A DNA stretch of 58,924 nt, filler included, from Candidatus Hydrogenedentota bacterium (GTDB lineage: Bacteria; JBFMHD01), in NCBI GenBank assembly GCA_040752395.1. It is 4 parts of 4 records of this genome, joined end to end, with 100 filler letters (N's around TTAATTAATTAA, not from the genome) between each part and the next. Parts side by side here need not be neighbours in the genome. Positions count along the whole stretch, not along the records: positions 1 to 15,404 come from JBFMHD010000054.1; positions 15,505 to 30,780 come from JBFMHD010000055.1; 2 more parts are not named here. The stretch is one strand, 5' to 3'. The stretch's first letter is position 1. Every line of letters starts with the position of its first letter. The position numbers and the translations under genes are program-made. Of the stretch, positions 8,249 through 18,135 are shown piece by piece. The notes under the pieces were generated by a model. It was not told where the DNA came from. It made no database searches and saw only the letters and a list, made by a program, of their open reading frames with translations.

Positions 8249-9442
8249 ATGGAACAGAACGTAAAAAACTATGCAAAAAATATGCAGGAAGTATACGAAA
8301 TTAAGTTTGAACCTGTAAAAAATCGAGAACTCGCAGATACGCTGTATCAATTCGAATCATTGAAAAAAATGAGCTATTATCTTCAAAAAGAAAAAGAGCG
8401 GCTGGAATTATGTATAAATCAATACAGAGATGAAATATCAAAAATTGAATTCAGACAGACTACTATAGATAACCAGAAAAGACTGCTAAGGAGTTTAGAA
8501 GACAAGATAAGAGACGCTAATGAACGGCTGAATAAACTTTTACAGGAAGAAATACCACAACAAGAGGAGAGATTACGATTTGCAAAAGAGGAGTTCAAGC
8601 GAGTTAAGATACGTACCGTGGAATATTACAAAAACATTGATAAAGCTAAAAAAGAGACAGAAAACATAAATTTTGAAAAAGAACAGACTGAAAACAAGTG
8701 GGAAAACCAAAAATCGAAGTTTATTACTGAGATGAAGAATATGAAACAAAAACTTGAAGAATTTAAAACAATACACCAGAAAGAGTTCAACAGGATGAAA
8801 GAATTTCACCAGCAAAAAAGAAAACTATCAAAAGAACTCGAAAATCTAAAAAGAGAGGTCTCAGAATTAAATACAGTAAAAGATAATTTAATAAAACAAA
8901 TAGAAGAGAGTTCATCGCAGGAAACCGAATTAAAAAGAGAAATAGAGGATAAAATCCATCAGAAAAAACTGCTGAAAGAAAAGTTAATAGAAATGACACA
9001 AGAGATTAATAGACTTACAGCCCGGAAGAATAGCGACATTAAGCAGGGTGAGAAGTTACGTGAAGAAATAGCTGAGTTATTATCCTCTAAAGATACGACC
9101 CTGAAGGAATTAAATGAAATAAGATTAGGAAGAGATAGACTAAAAGAAGAGGTGGAGAGATACAAAAAAGAGATATCCGAGATGGAGAAAAAATTAGAAG
9201 CTGAATTAAAACAACTAAGAGCCACCGCAGATAAAATAAAAGAGAAAAAAGAAGAGATCACTTATATCATCTCTTATAAAGGCAAAAATTATTTGCTAAA
9301 ACAGGAAGAATTAAGAGAATATCTAAAAATATCGAGAGTGGATAGAGATGAATGGGTCTGGAACGAACAAGAACAAGTCTGGGAACCAATCGAAAAATTC
9401 AGAAACAGATTACAAAAATTACACGAAACTCTACTCTGCTAA
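8249..9442 (+). CDS. Long coiled-coil protein with C-terminal GYF_2 (DUF4339)-like motif
   Basis: E/K/L heptads over ~340 aa; C-terminal EELREYLKISRVDRDEWVWNEQEQVWEPI. Confidence 0.75.
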   Translation: MEQNVKNYAKNMQEVYEIKFEPVKNRELADTLYQFESLKKMSYYLQKEKERLELCINQYRDEISKIEFRQTTIDNQKRLLRSLEDKIRDANERLNKLLQEEIPQQEERLRFAKEEFKRVKIRTVEYYKNIDKAKKETENINFEKEQTENKWENQKSKFITEMKNMKQKLEEFKTIHQKEFNRMKEFHQQKRKLSKELENLKREVSELNTVKDNLIKQIEESSSQETELKREIEDKIHQKKLLKEKLIEMTQEINRLTARKNSDIKQGEKLREEIAELLSSKDTTLKELNEIRLGRDRLKEEVERYKKEISEMEKKLEAELKQLRATADKIKEKKEEITYIISYKGKNYLLKQEELREYLKISRVDRDEWVWNEQEQVWEPIEKFRNRLQKLHETLLC

Positions 9443-9836
9443 TAAAATTTATATACCATTAAAACTTAGACTTAAAGCACGTAGAATATCAATAATACTT
9501 TTTATAATTGTTCTATCATTATTAACAGTATATTTTTATTTTGTTACCTATAAAAATAAAGCAGGTTTTAAAAAAATAAAAGAATACAATCCTTCTACTC
9601 TCGAAGAACAGCTAACAAATTGTGAGAGAGAAGTTGAATTTTTAAAGTATTTAAGCTATATATCAGCAAAAGAGAAGATTAATCTCGATGAATTATCTGA
9701 TACGTCAATATCTAAGTTGAAAGGAATGATTGATAAACACAGGGTTGATTTAGATGAAATAAGCAGGGAAGAACTAAAGAAATTCATAGAACTCATTTTG
9801 AAAGATATAGAGGAAAAGGGGAAAAGAGAAAAGTGA
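9348..9836 (+). CDS. Single-TM hypothetical protein, possibly a frameshifted continuation of 8249-9442
   Basis: TM ISIILFIIVLSLLTVYFYF; only standard start lies 95 nt inside upstream gene; GTGA overlap with recD2. Confidence 0.55.
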   Translation: MNGSGTNKNKSGNQSKNSETDYKNYTKLYSANKIYIPLKLRLKARRISIILFIIVLSLLTVYFYFVTYKNKAGFKKIKEYNPSTLEEQLTNCEREVEFLKYLSYISAKEKINLDELSDTSISKLKGMIDKHRVDLDEISREELKKFIELILKDIEEKGKREK

Positions 9837-12055
9837 TAGAGATAAGAGCACGGATAATAAAGAAGATATTCGAGAATAAAGATAATGGGTTTACTGTTCT
9901 TTGTGGTGAAAAATGTGATGATGGCGAGAGTGTGGTGATTGTCGGTTATATATTTCCTGTAAACACAGGTGAAGAGTATGAGTTCAGTGGTGAATGGGTC
10001 ACGGATAAGCGGTATGGACTACAATTCCAATGTGAATTTTTCAAGCAGATACCACCCTCGGACGAAGAAGCTTTGATCAGGTTTTTAAAGTCCGCATTAA
10101 AAGGGGTTGGAAATAAGACCGCAACAGCTATTGTGGCAAAGTTTGGGAAAGACACCTTGAACGTAATAGAGAATACGCCAGATCGACTCCTGGAGGTTCA
10201 CGGTATAAGAAAAAAAACAAAAGAAAGGATAATTAAGTCCTACAAAGAGTTATATGCTATACGTGACCTTATGCTATTTCTTTCAAAATATAATATCCCA
10301 ACACACTGGGCTTTTAAAATCTATAACTCGATTGGAGTTAATGCATTAGAGTTTATTGAAAGAGACCCGTTTGTTTTGATGTATTATGTAAAAGGAATAG
10401 GGTTTAAAAAAGCTGATGATATTTATAAAAGAATGGGGGGTAAAAATGAGGATGACGCAAGGATAAGGGCTGGGATGGTTTATTCGCTTGAAAATGCGCT
10501 CCAGGAAGGTGACCTTTTTCTTTATTCTAATGAATGGATAGAAGCCTCATCTAAAATATTGGATATAGAAAAGAACAAAGTTTTATCTTATTCAAAAAAC
10601 AAAATAGCTGAACTATATAAAAATATAGTTACAGAAGAAGACAAAATTTATCTTGGGTGGGTTTATCAGCTTGAGTGCAATGTATCAGAACTTCTCGCGA
10701 GAATATCAAAATGCCCATTAAAAAACAGGCCTGATTTTTCTTTTGACAGATTAAAATTTGATTTAGAGCTTGATAGTGAGCAGGTGCAGGCGTTAAATAA
10801 TGCATGGAAAGAAAAGATTTTTATTTTAACAGGCGGACCTGGAACAGGTAAAACAACAATATTAAAATATCTTGTTAGTTATGCAAAGCAAGCGGGCTTA
10901 ATAGTAAAACTTGCTTCGCCGACAGGCAGAGCTGCAAAAAGGTTACAGGAAGCAACAGGCTCATACGCATCTACTTTGCATAGACTGCTTGAATACGATG
11001 GTGAAACATTCGGACGCGATGCTGATAACAGGCTGCAGGGAGATATCTTTATAGTTGATGAAGCGTCGATGATAGATTTATTTTTGTTTTATCATTTTTT
11101 ATTAGCCTTCCCTTATGAAAGGGCATCTTTAATACTTGTGGGGGACCCCTATCAGTTGCCTCCTGTCGGAGCCGGCAACGTTCTTAATGAAATGATAAAG
11201 TCAAACAAATTTAATACAGTGTATTTAAAAAATATATACAGACAAGAGCAGGAGAGTATGATTATTGTAAATGCTCATAGAATACTTAATGGTAAAGAAC
11301 CCACGATAAATAATATCGAAGGTAAAGATTTTTTTTTCATAGAAGAAGAAACAGATAAAATAGAGGAAACAATCAAAGAATTATGCACCTCAAGATTGCC
11401 CTCTTACAAAGATTATAACCCGATGAAAGACATACAGGTTTTATCGCCCATGTACAAAGGCATAGCTGGTGTTCATAGACTGAATTATTTGCTTCAGAAA
11501 GCTATCAATAATTCAAAACTGAGCAAAGAAATACTTAATACACCGTTTAGATTAGGAGATAAAGTAATGCAGACAGTAAATGATTATAAAAAAGACGTTA
11601 CAAATGGTGAGATAGGTATAATTATAAGTGCAGGCTATAATTATGAAGAACTTAAAAATAATTGTAGATATATTACGGATAAAAAGAGGGTTATAGATTG
11701 GTACAGAGAACTTGATTATGAAACCCGGGAAATAGTTGACAGGGAGTTTAGTTTACTGATTGATTTTGACAATAAGATCGTGAGATATGCTGATTATGAG
11801 CTTGAGGAGCTCATTCTTGCATATTGCTGTACGGTTCACAAATCACAAGGCAGCGAATACAAAGCTGTAGTATTTCCGATTATTACCAGTCATTATATTA
11901 TGTTAAAAAGGAACTTATTTTACACAGCTGTAACACGTGCCCAGGAAGTGTGTGTCCTTGTAGGCAGTAGAGAAGCTATAGAGATTGCAGTAAAAGACGA
12001 CTCGATACCGAAAAAAAACTCTATTCTTTACAAACGTATCAGCGATAAATTCTAA
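9833..12055 (+). CDS. recD2: ATP-dependent RecD-like (RecD2) SF1B DNA helicase
   Basis: N-terminal OB/HhH region (YGLQF, KGVG), GGPGTGKTT, VDEASM, VGDPYQLPPVG, TVHKSQGSEY, YTAVTRA. Confidence 0.95.
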   Translation: MIEIRARIIKKIFENKDNGFTVLCGEKCDDGESVVIVGYIFPVNTGEEYEFSGEWVTDKRYGLQFQCEFFKQIPPSDEEALIRFLKSALKGVGNKTATAIVAKFGKDTLNVIENTPDRLLEVHGIRKKTKERIIKSYKELYAIRDLMLFLSKYNIPTHWAFKIYNSIGVNALEFIERDPFVLMYYVKGIGFKKADDIYKRMGGKNEDDARIRAGMVYSLENALQEGDLFLYSNEWIEASSKILDIEKNKVLSYSKNKIAELYKNIVTEEDKIYLGWVYQLECNVSELLARISKCPLKNRPDFSFDRLKFDLELDSEQVQALNNAWKEKIFILTGGPGTGKTTILKYLVSYAKQAGLIVKLASPTGRAAKRLQEATGSYASTLHRLLEYDGETFGRDADNRLQGDIFIVDEASMIDLFLFYHFLLAFPYERASLILVGDPYQLPPVGAGNVLNEMIKSNKFNTVYLKNIYRQEQESMIIVNAHRILNGKEPTINNIEGKDFFFIEEETDKIEETIKELCTSRLPSYKDYNPMKDIQVLSPMYKGIAGVHRLNYLLQKAINNSKLSKEILNTPFRLGDKVMQTVNDYKKDVTNGEIGIIISAGYNYEELKNNCRYITDKKRVIDWYRELDYETREIVDREFSLLIDFDNKIVRYADYELEELILAYCCTVHKSQGSEYKAVVFPIITSHYIMLKRNLFYTAVTRAQEVCVLVGSREAIEIAVKDDSIPKKNSILYKRISDKF

Positions 12056-12122
12056 GTAAATCCCCTGTCTTCGGTTTTAGTTTCTTAAGTTCGGTGTTAA
12101 ATTTTCGGTTTGGAGTATACAC

Positions 12123-15100
12123 TTGATTTATAAATTTATTAAAATATTTTTCATTCTTCTTTTTATTGTCGTTTTAATTTCAGGTATTTATTTATATTTT
12201 TTTGGTGATAAATTAATCAGCGGTCCTTATATAAAAAAAAGAATATCCAGAATTATAGATAAAGAAATAAATTTTACCAAAATAAGAATAAATATTTTAA
12301 GAGGATTAGAATTACAAGACCTTTCTATAAAAGATAACAATGAAAAATTTATTGAAGCTGATAAGTTAGTTCTCAGCTATGATTTATTTAAAATATTAAG
12401 TGGAAGGTTTGAAATAACAGAGATAAAGATTATCAAACCTACTTTCAAAGTTATTCAACTTGAACAAAATAAATACAATATATCAGATATTATAAAAAAG
12501 ATAGAAGAGAATAGAAAAGAAAAATCAGAGCTTAAAATTCGCAATGTAATTATAAAAGACTCTTCTCTGCTATTTAAGACCAGAGACAAAAAAACATTTA
12601 AATTTGATGAGATAAATCTTGAATTAACCGGTCTTACTGAAGGCATTAGAACCTTTGAGATGTCTGTAGGAAAATTTCAGGATATGGAAATTACAACAGA
12701 AATAGAAGGAACGATTGATAATGCAGACAGAATTAAAGTAAAAGGCGATCTCGATATCCCATCGCTTATTTTATCGCAATGGATAGAGAGAAAGTTCCTG
12801 GATAAATTTAAAAGACTTCAAGCAGAATTCGAAATCCATAGAGATGCTGAAACACTTAACTTAAAGGGTTTGAAATTTAAATTATCAGGATTTAATTATT
12901 ATCTAAAGAATATCCTTGATATCAAAAATGAGCAAATAGAAGGTTTTACAGCAGGAGTCATTAATAAAAGTTCTTTTAATATAAAGGAGTGTAGTTTTAA
13001 AATAAACAAAATACCTGTAAACATTCAAGGTAATGTAACTATCAGGGATAATAAACAGGAGTTCGATTTAAATATCGTCTCCAGGATAAATATCAATAAT
13101 TTAAAGGACTGGTTAATTTTACCGCAGTCTATAAAAGATATTAAAAAAGGGGATCTCAACCTTTATGTAAAATACCGGGGTAAGGACTTTTATATTAATG
13201 CTAATATAATGAATATGGAGATATCTTTAAAAGATACATCTTATGTTAAAACCATAAGAAATATTGAAGGCTCGATAGGTTATATTGATAAAAAAATAAA
13301 AATAAATAATTTATATGCAGAAATATTACAAGACGTAAAACTGCAGATTAACGGTGATGTAAATAATGACCTATCATCTGAAATAAATATAAGGTTTTAC
13401 CCGGCAGACCTGGCTATTATATTAAAAGAATTACCAGAAAAACAGAAAAACAGATTTAGTGATTATGAGATATCAGGTATGTTTGCGGCTAATACAATTT
13501 ATAAAGGCAAAATAAATGATGAGAAGCTTACAGATAAAATTATTTCAAACATAGAAATAAGCAATGTAAAAATATCGCCTAAAAGATTTGATGCTTTTTA
13601 TTTAACCGAACCTATTATAATTAGTTCTTCAACATTAAGCTATGATAAAGGCAAGTTCCGATTTGAGGATTTGAAGGGATATGCAGCGAAGTTGCCATTT
13701 GTTATGAATGGTGAGATAGATATATCGCAAAAAGAGCCATTTATTAATTTGAATACAGTGCTTAATAATATAAATTTTAGAGAGCTAATTAATGCTCTGA
13801 ATAAAAAATACACTGTAAATCTTTCTAATCTTGAATTAGAGGGACTGGTAAATGGTGTATTAAATTTTGAGGGCACCATCGATGATTTAAACTATAATGC
13901 CTCATTTGATATAGAAGACGGAACAATAAGCTCTCCACAAATTAATGAACCACTTAAAAAAGTCTCGTTAAATTTAAAGTTACAAAAAGATTTGATAAAA
14001 ATAAGAAAAGCAGGGTTCTCTATCGATAATACTTATTTAAATCTTCAAGGTGATATAACTGATTTTGATAAAAAAAACCTGAATCTTAAATTGACGGGTT
14101 CAAAAGTAGATTTAAAAACATTAAGAATGATTATTTTATCCGATACATCGATCGATTTCAGTGGAGATGCTGATCTAAATGTCACTATCAATGGAAGCAT
14201 AGATACTCCTTTTTTGGCAGGTAACCTTTCTTTTATAGATGGCTATATAGATTTAGCTAACCTTAATCTAAAAGCCAGGCTAAATGATTTAAAAGGCGAT
14301 GTAAACTTTAATAAAGACAGACTATTCTTTACCGGCCTTAAAGGCAGGATAGAAAACAGTGAGGTTTTGATTACTGGTGAGGTATCGAATATAAGTAAAA
14401 ACATTTCTAAAACCTGTCTTAATATGGATATCTTCTGTAAAAAGTTGTTTCTAAACGATCTAAAATCTATCTTTGGTGATAAAACACTCGGTGATGTTGA
14501 TGGATATATTTATGTAGATATCCATTCTGAGGGAAGTATTGATAACCTTCTTTGTAAGGGAAGAATTTCTGGTAGCCATATAAAGATTCACAATATTCCT
14601 TTTCTAACACTTGGCTGTAATTTTAATTATAGTAGTGAGACTCTCAATGTTTTTCAGATTGATGGTAATTCTTTTGGAGGCAGTATAGATGGCAAGGCTG
14701 AAATTAAGAGTCTTTTTAAAGATAAACCGCTATTCAATACAAATGTTTCTTTAAAAAATGCTGCATTATATGAGGTCTTCAGGCTTTATGGCAAAGAGTA
14801 TGCAGCAGGAATAGAGGGAACTATTAATTTAAAATTAAATTTAAGTGGGAATTTTTTAGAAAGTAAATCTATTACAGGAGAGGGGGAAATAGAACTACTT
14901 AAACCAAGGTTGAGAACATTACATCCGCTTATTAAGTTATCTGACCTTCTTGGTTTAAGTAAAACCCGACTCACTTATTATGATGATGTTAAAACAAAGA
15001 TATACATAAATGAGGGGCTGATTAAAACACCTGATTTAAAGTTCCAGAGTGATTACATCTACGGTGAAGGTGGTGGGAGTATCGGGTTTGATGGTAGCCT

Positions 15101-15386
15101 CGATTATAAAATCAATTTACGTATGACTGAGGAATCAGCACGTGAACATCTCGATTCAAAGTATGGTGCTAAACTCGAAGATAATAAATCTATCCTTGAT
15201 GAATATCTCAGCAATGTTCCTGTAATAATAAAAGGCAGTATAAACGAGCCCGAGGTTGAGTATGGCAAAGCAGGTTTCCCTGAGATGGTTATAAAATCTT
15301 TAATATTTTATCCAAAAAGATTTATTGAAAAAATCGGTGATGATCTTTTCAGAAATGGTTCGGACGAAAAACAAATAGATAAATAG
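12123..15386 (+). CDS. AsmA/TamB-like large periplasmic beta-rich protein
   Basis: N-terminal TM anchor, repeated amphipathic beta-strands, C-terminal GGGSIGFDGSLDY...VPVIIKGSINEP. Confidence 0.8.
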   Translation: MIYKFIKIFFILLFIVVLISGIYLYFFGDKLISGPYIKKRISRIIDKEINFTKIRINILRGLELQDLSIKDNNEKFIEADKLVLSYDLFKILSGRFEITEIKIIKPTFKVIQLEQNKYNISDIIKKIEENRKEKSELKIRNVIIKDSSLLFKTRDKKTFKFDEINLELTGLTEGIRTFEMSVGKFQDMEITTEIEGTIDNADRIKVKGDLDIPSLILSQWIERKFLDKFKRLQAEFEIHRDAETLNLKGLKFKLSGFNYYLKNILDIKNEQIEGFTAGVINKSSFNIKECSFKINKIPVNIQGNVTIRDNKQEFDLNIVSRININNLKDWLILPQSIKDIKKGDLNLYVKYRGKDFYINANIMNMEISLKDTSYVKTIRNIEGSIGYIDKKIKINNLYAEILQDVKLQINGDVNNDLSSEINIRFYPADLAIILKELPEKQKNRFSDYEISGMFAANTIYKGKINDEKLTDKIISNIEISNVKISPKRFDAFYLTEPIIISSSTLSYDKGKFRFEDLKGYAAKLPFVMNGEIDISQKEPFINLNTVLNNINFRELINALNKKYTVNLSNLELEGLVNGVLNFEGTIDDLNYNASFDIEDGTISSPQINEPLKKVSLNLKLQKDLIKIRKAGFSIDNTYLNLQGDITDFDKKNLNLKLTGSKVDLKTLRMIILSDTSIDFSGDADLNVTINGSIDTPFLAGNLSFIDGYIDLANLNLKARLNDLKGDVNFNKDRLFFTGLKGRIENSEVLITGEVSNISKNISKTCLNMDIFCKKLFLNDLKSIFGDKTLGDVDGYIYVDIHSEGSIDNLLCKGRISGSHIKIHNIPFLTLGCNFNYSSETLNVFQIDGNSFGGSIDGKAEIKSLFKDKPLFNTNVSLKNAALYEVFRLYGKEYAAGIEGTINLKLNLSGNFLESKSITGEGEIELLKPRLRTLHPLIKLSDLLGLSKTRLTYYDDVKTKIYINEGLIKTPDLKFQSDYIYGEGGGSIGFDGSLDYKINLRMTEESAREHLDSKYGAKLEDNKSILDEYLSNVPVIIKGSINEPEVEYGKAGFPEMVIKSLIFYPKRFIEKIGDDLFRNGSDEKQIDK

Positions 15387-15404
15387 GCTTCAGGCTCCAG
15401 CCGG

Positions 15405-15504
15405 NNNNNNNNNNNNNNNNNNNNNNNNNNNNNNNNNNNNNNNNNNNNTTAATTAATTAANNNNNNNNNNNNNNNNNNNNNNNNNNNNNNNNNNNNNNNN
15501 NNNN
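15405..15504. other. Artificial contig linker
   Basis: N44-TTAATTAATTAA-N44 (stops in all frames). Confidence 0.98.
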
Positions 15505-15505
15505 G

Positions 15506-16192
15506 ATTTTAGCTGATATTTTATATCCTGATAAATGTATTTATTGTGGTGTATGGGGAGAGACCGTGTGTGAAGAGTGTGTTAATAAATTTGAAAGATT
15601 AGAAGAACCATATTGCAGTATATGTATGCATCCAGTGAGTAAAAAATCTATAGGCGAGGCAAAGTATATAATATGTATACAATGTCAAAAACGACCGAGA
15701 TTTTTTAGAAAATTTTATGCACCGTTTGTTTATAGCGGCTATGTAAAAGAATTTATACACAGGTTAAAATACGGTAAAGACTATAGTTTGATACCATATT
15801 TTATAAGATTATTTACAGAAACTATTAAAGGTGTGATAGAGATAGATAAGATAGATTGGATTGTGCCGGTGCCGTTATCTAAAAAACATTTTAGAGTACG
15901 CGGGTTTAATATTGTAAAGATTATGGCTGAAAGAATCTCGTATAAGAAAACAAAAGAATTGATTACAAAAAAGGCTGAAGTCTTGCCTCAGGCAGGTCTT
16001 TCGCTTTCCCAGAGAATAAAAAATCCGATAAATGCTTTTAGTTGCAAAGAAGAGATTAAAGACAAAAATGTTCTTGTTGTAGATGACATTTTTACAACTG
16101 GTACAACGATAAACGAGTGCGCCAAAACACTTGTTTGTGCAGGTGCTAAAGAAGTAGAAGCGGTTGCGTTCGCTCGAAGCGTCATGGAATAG
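15506..16192 (+). CDS. comF: ComF family protein (double zinc ribbon + PRTase-like), 5' truncated by contig start
   Basis: Frame open back to contig edge (ILYPDKCIYCG...CEEC...CSIC...CIQC); VPVP, RGFN, VVDDIFTTGTT. Confidence 0.88.
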   Translation: MLADILYPDKCIYCGVWGETVCEECVNKFERLEEPYCSICMHPVSKKSIGEAKYIICIQCQKRPRFFRKFYAPFVYSGYVKEFIHRLKYGKDYSLIPYFIRLFTETIKGVIEIDKIDWIVPVPLSKKHFRVRGFNIVKIMAERISYKKTKELITKKAEVLPQAGLSLSQRIKNPINAFSCKEEIKDKNVLVVDDIFTTGTTINECAKTLVCAGAKEVEAVAFARSVME

Positions 16193-16249
16193 AAAAGCAG
16201 ACCGCTTACTACCTTCACCGATTCCGGATATGGATAAAGAATTATTATT

Positions 16250-17212
16250 ATGAAAGAGAAATTAGATATTGTATTTTTTGGGTTACCTGACTTGGGAGTT
16301 GAGGTCTTGTCCGGTATCATTGAACTAAAAGACCTTGTTGATGTAAAATGGCTTGTATCACCAGGACCAAGAGATGAAAATAATGACCCGCTCATATTAT
16401 TAGCTAAAAAAGAAAATATCCCTTATTATATTTTAAATAATATTAAAGATATATATTTAAAAGAGAGATTAATAGAATTAAGACCATTTGTTGTTATTGT
16501 TGCTGGTTTTGATTTCAAAATACTACCTGAATTATTGGTTTTACCTTCTTTCGGATTTATAAATATTCATCCATCACTACTCCCTGAATACAGGGGGGGT
16601 AACCCCTATTTCTGGGTTATAGCAAATGGCGAGAAGGAGACAGGAGTGACATTCCATAAAATGGATGAAAATTTTGATACCGGACCCATACTATATCAAG
16701 AAAAAATTGAGATACATCAAAGAGAAAGTTTAGGGACTTTGTTATTTAGATTAGGTATTTTAGCAAAGGAGATGGTTAAAAAACTCATTGTAGATTTATT
16801 TGTAAAAAGAAAAGAATTAGAATTTACTATTCAAGATAAAGAATGTACAAAATTCGCTCCTAAATTAAAGGATAAAGATTTAATACTTGATTTTAATAAA
16901 GATGCAGCAGTTGTGGATAGATTAACAAGAGCAGCTTCTCCTTATTATGGTATGGTAACAAAGTTAAATGGTTTATTAAATGTAAAGGTCTGGGAGACAG
17001 CGCCTCTCTTTGAAAATGAGGATGCAAAATCCAAAATCCCGATGGAACTAAAGCCAGGGACTATAAAATTGATTGATAATAAAGTTGTTATTATATGTTC
17101 TACTTCTTGTGTTGAGCTTAAGGTTATCCAGATAGAAAACATATTTTTAGGTAGTGGTTACAGAGCCTATGAATTAGGGCTGATTAGAGACGGCGACTGT
17201 TTCAGATTATAG
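16250..17212 (+). CDS. Methionyl-tRNA formyltransferase family protein (Fmt or Fmt-like sugar formyltransferase)
   Basis: INIHPSLLPEYRGG, ETGVTFH, DTGPI; N-terminus FFGLPD deviates from the usual FMGTP. Confidence 0.8.
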   Translation: MKEKLDIVFFGLPDLGVEVLSGIIELKDLVDVKWLVSPGPRDENNDPLILLAKKENIPYYILNNIKDIYLKERLIELRPFVVIVAGFDFKILPELLVLPSFGFINIHPSLLPEYRGGNPYFWVIANGEKETGVTFHKMDENFDTGPILYQEKIEIHQRESLGTLLFRLGILAKEMVKKLIVDLFVKRKELEFTIQDKECTKFAPKLKDKDLILDFNKDAAVVDRLTRAASPYYGMVTKLNGLLNVKVWETAPLFENEDAKSKIPMELKPGTIKLIDNKVVIICSTSCVELKVIQIENIFLGSGYRAYELGLIRDGDCFRL

Positions 17213-17221
17213 GTGGTATAA

Positions 17222-17475
17222 TAGAAGCAAGAAGCAAGATAACGGAAGAAGTAAGAAGTATCAGGACGGGCTACAGGCTACAGGCTACGGACTACAGCCA
17301 GCTGGAGCCCGAAGCCCGGAGCCTGCTGAAAAGTCTTAAGTCTTGAGTCTTGAGTCTCGAGACCTGTTTTGACTCACGACTCTCGACTCCCGACCCCTAA
17401 CCCCTAACCGACGCCCCCTAATATACCCCATCCCCTATGACCCATCCCCTAATATCCTTTGTGCCTTTGTGCCTC
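17222..17475 (-). repeat. Modular heptamer repeat (inverted copy of 8108-8203) plus further heptamer arrays
   Basis: tagaagcaagaagcaagataacggaagaagt...ggctacaggctacaggctacggactacagcc...; then (gagtctt)n, gactcac/gactctc/gactccc, (acccta-like)n, ctttgtgcctttgtgcc. Confidence 0.9.
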
Positions 17476-17498
17476 AAGTATAATATACTATCTTTTAA

Positions 17499-17526
17499 TA
17501 AAGAATATATATTTAAAAGACGATAA
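17499..17526 (+). promoter_or_regulatory. sigma28 (FliA/SigD) promoter of flgN-flgK-flgL
   Basis: TAAA-N16-GACGATAA vs consensus TAAA-N15-GCCGATAA. Confidence 0.7.
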
Positions 17527-17635
17527 ATAATATAGGGTAAAACCCCACATCAGGCGACATCCTTTTGAATGTCGCCCCAGCCTTTAAAAAGGCCGGGGGA
17601 GATTGGAAATTGAAAGTGTGGGAGTAAATAGTATT

Positions 17636-18130
17636 ATGAAAGAGTTACTATTATTGTTGCAACGGGTATTGGAAAAAGAAATAGAGATATACGATGAATT
17701 TTTAAATCTCGCCAATTTAAAAAATAAGGTTCTTATAGAGCAGAATATTGAAAAACTTGATACCATAACAAAAAAAGAAGAAGAGAAAATACTTGAACTT
17801 AAAATTTATGAGGAGAAAAGAGAAGAGATAATTAAAAAAATAAAAGAGAAGATAGGGTTAAAAGAAGGGGCAAAGCTTGAAGATATCTTAAAAGAAACAG
17901 GTGAAAAATGTGAAGATTTAATTGAAATCAGGGATAAACTAAAAAGTAAAATTTTAGAAGTAAAAGGATTAAACGATGAAAATATGAAGATGATAGAGAA
18001 TACATTATCTATAATTAATAAGACGATGAAAACATTGGGAGAACTTACTAAAACAGGTAAATCCTATACAAAAGAAGGCAAAGTCGAAAAAACAGGTGAA
18101 GAGACACGAACTTTTGATACAGAGGTCTAA
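17636..18130 (+). CDS. flgN: Flagellar export chaperone FlgN
   Basis: Helical ~165 aa directly before flgK; C-terminal YTKEG...FDTEV; ATG 17636 with GGGAG SD. Confidence 0.85.
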   Translation: MKELLLLLQRVLEKEIEIYDEFLNLANLKNKVLIEQNIEKLDTITKKEEEKILELKIYEEKREEIIKKIKEKIGLKEGAKLEDILKETGEKCEDLIEIRDKLKSKILEVKGLNDENMKMIENTLSIINKTMKTLGELTKTGKSYTKEGKVEKTGEETRTFDTEV

Positions 18131-18135
18131 CTTTT

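Noticed and set aside
8069-8350. Minus-strand ORF sharing RLQATDYSRL..EARSLKPT with ORF 25740-25940
   Set aside because: The shared peptide is just translation of the dispersed DNA repeat; the ORF overlaps a real gene antisense
15405-15504. TTAATTAATTAA palindrome in N runs (also 30825, 45018)
   Set aside because: Identical artificial linker between contigs; ORFs 30829-31014 and the X-containing end of 30833-31552 are artefacts of it
17222-17475. Possible CRISPR array
   Set aside because: Degenerate 7-mers with no constant 23-47 bp repeat and unique spacers; no cas genes
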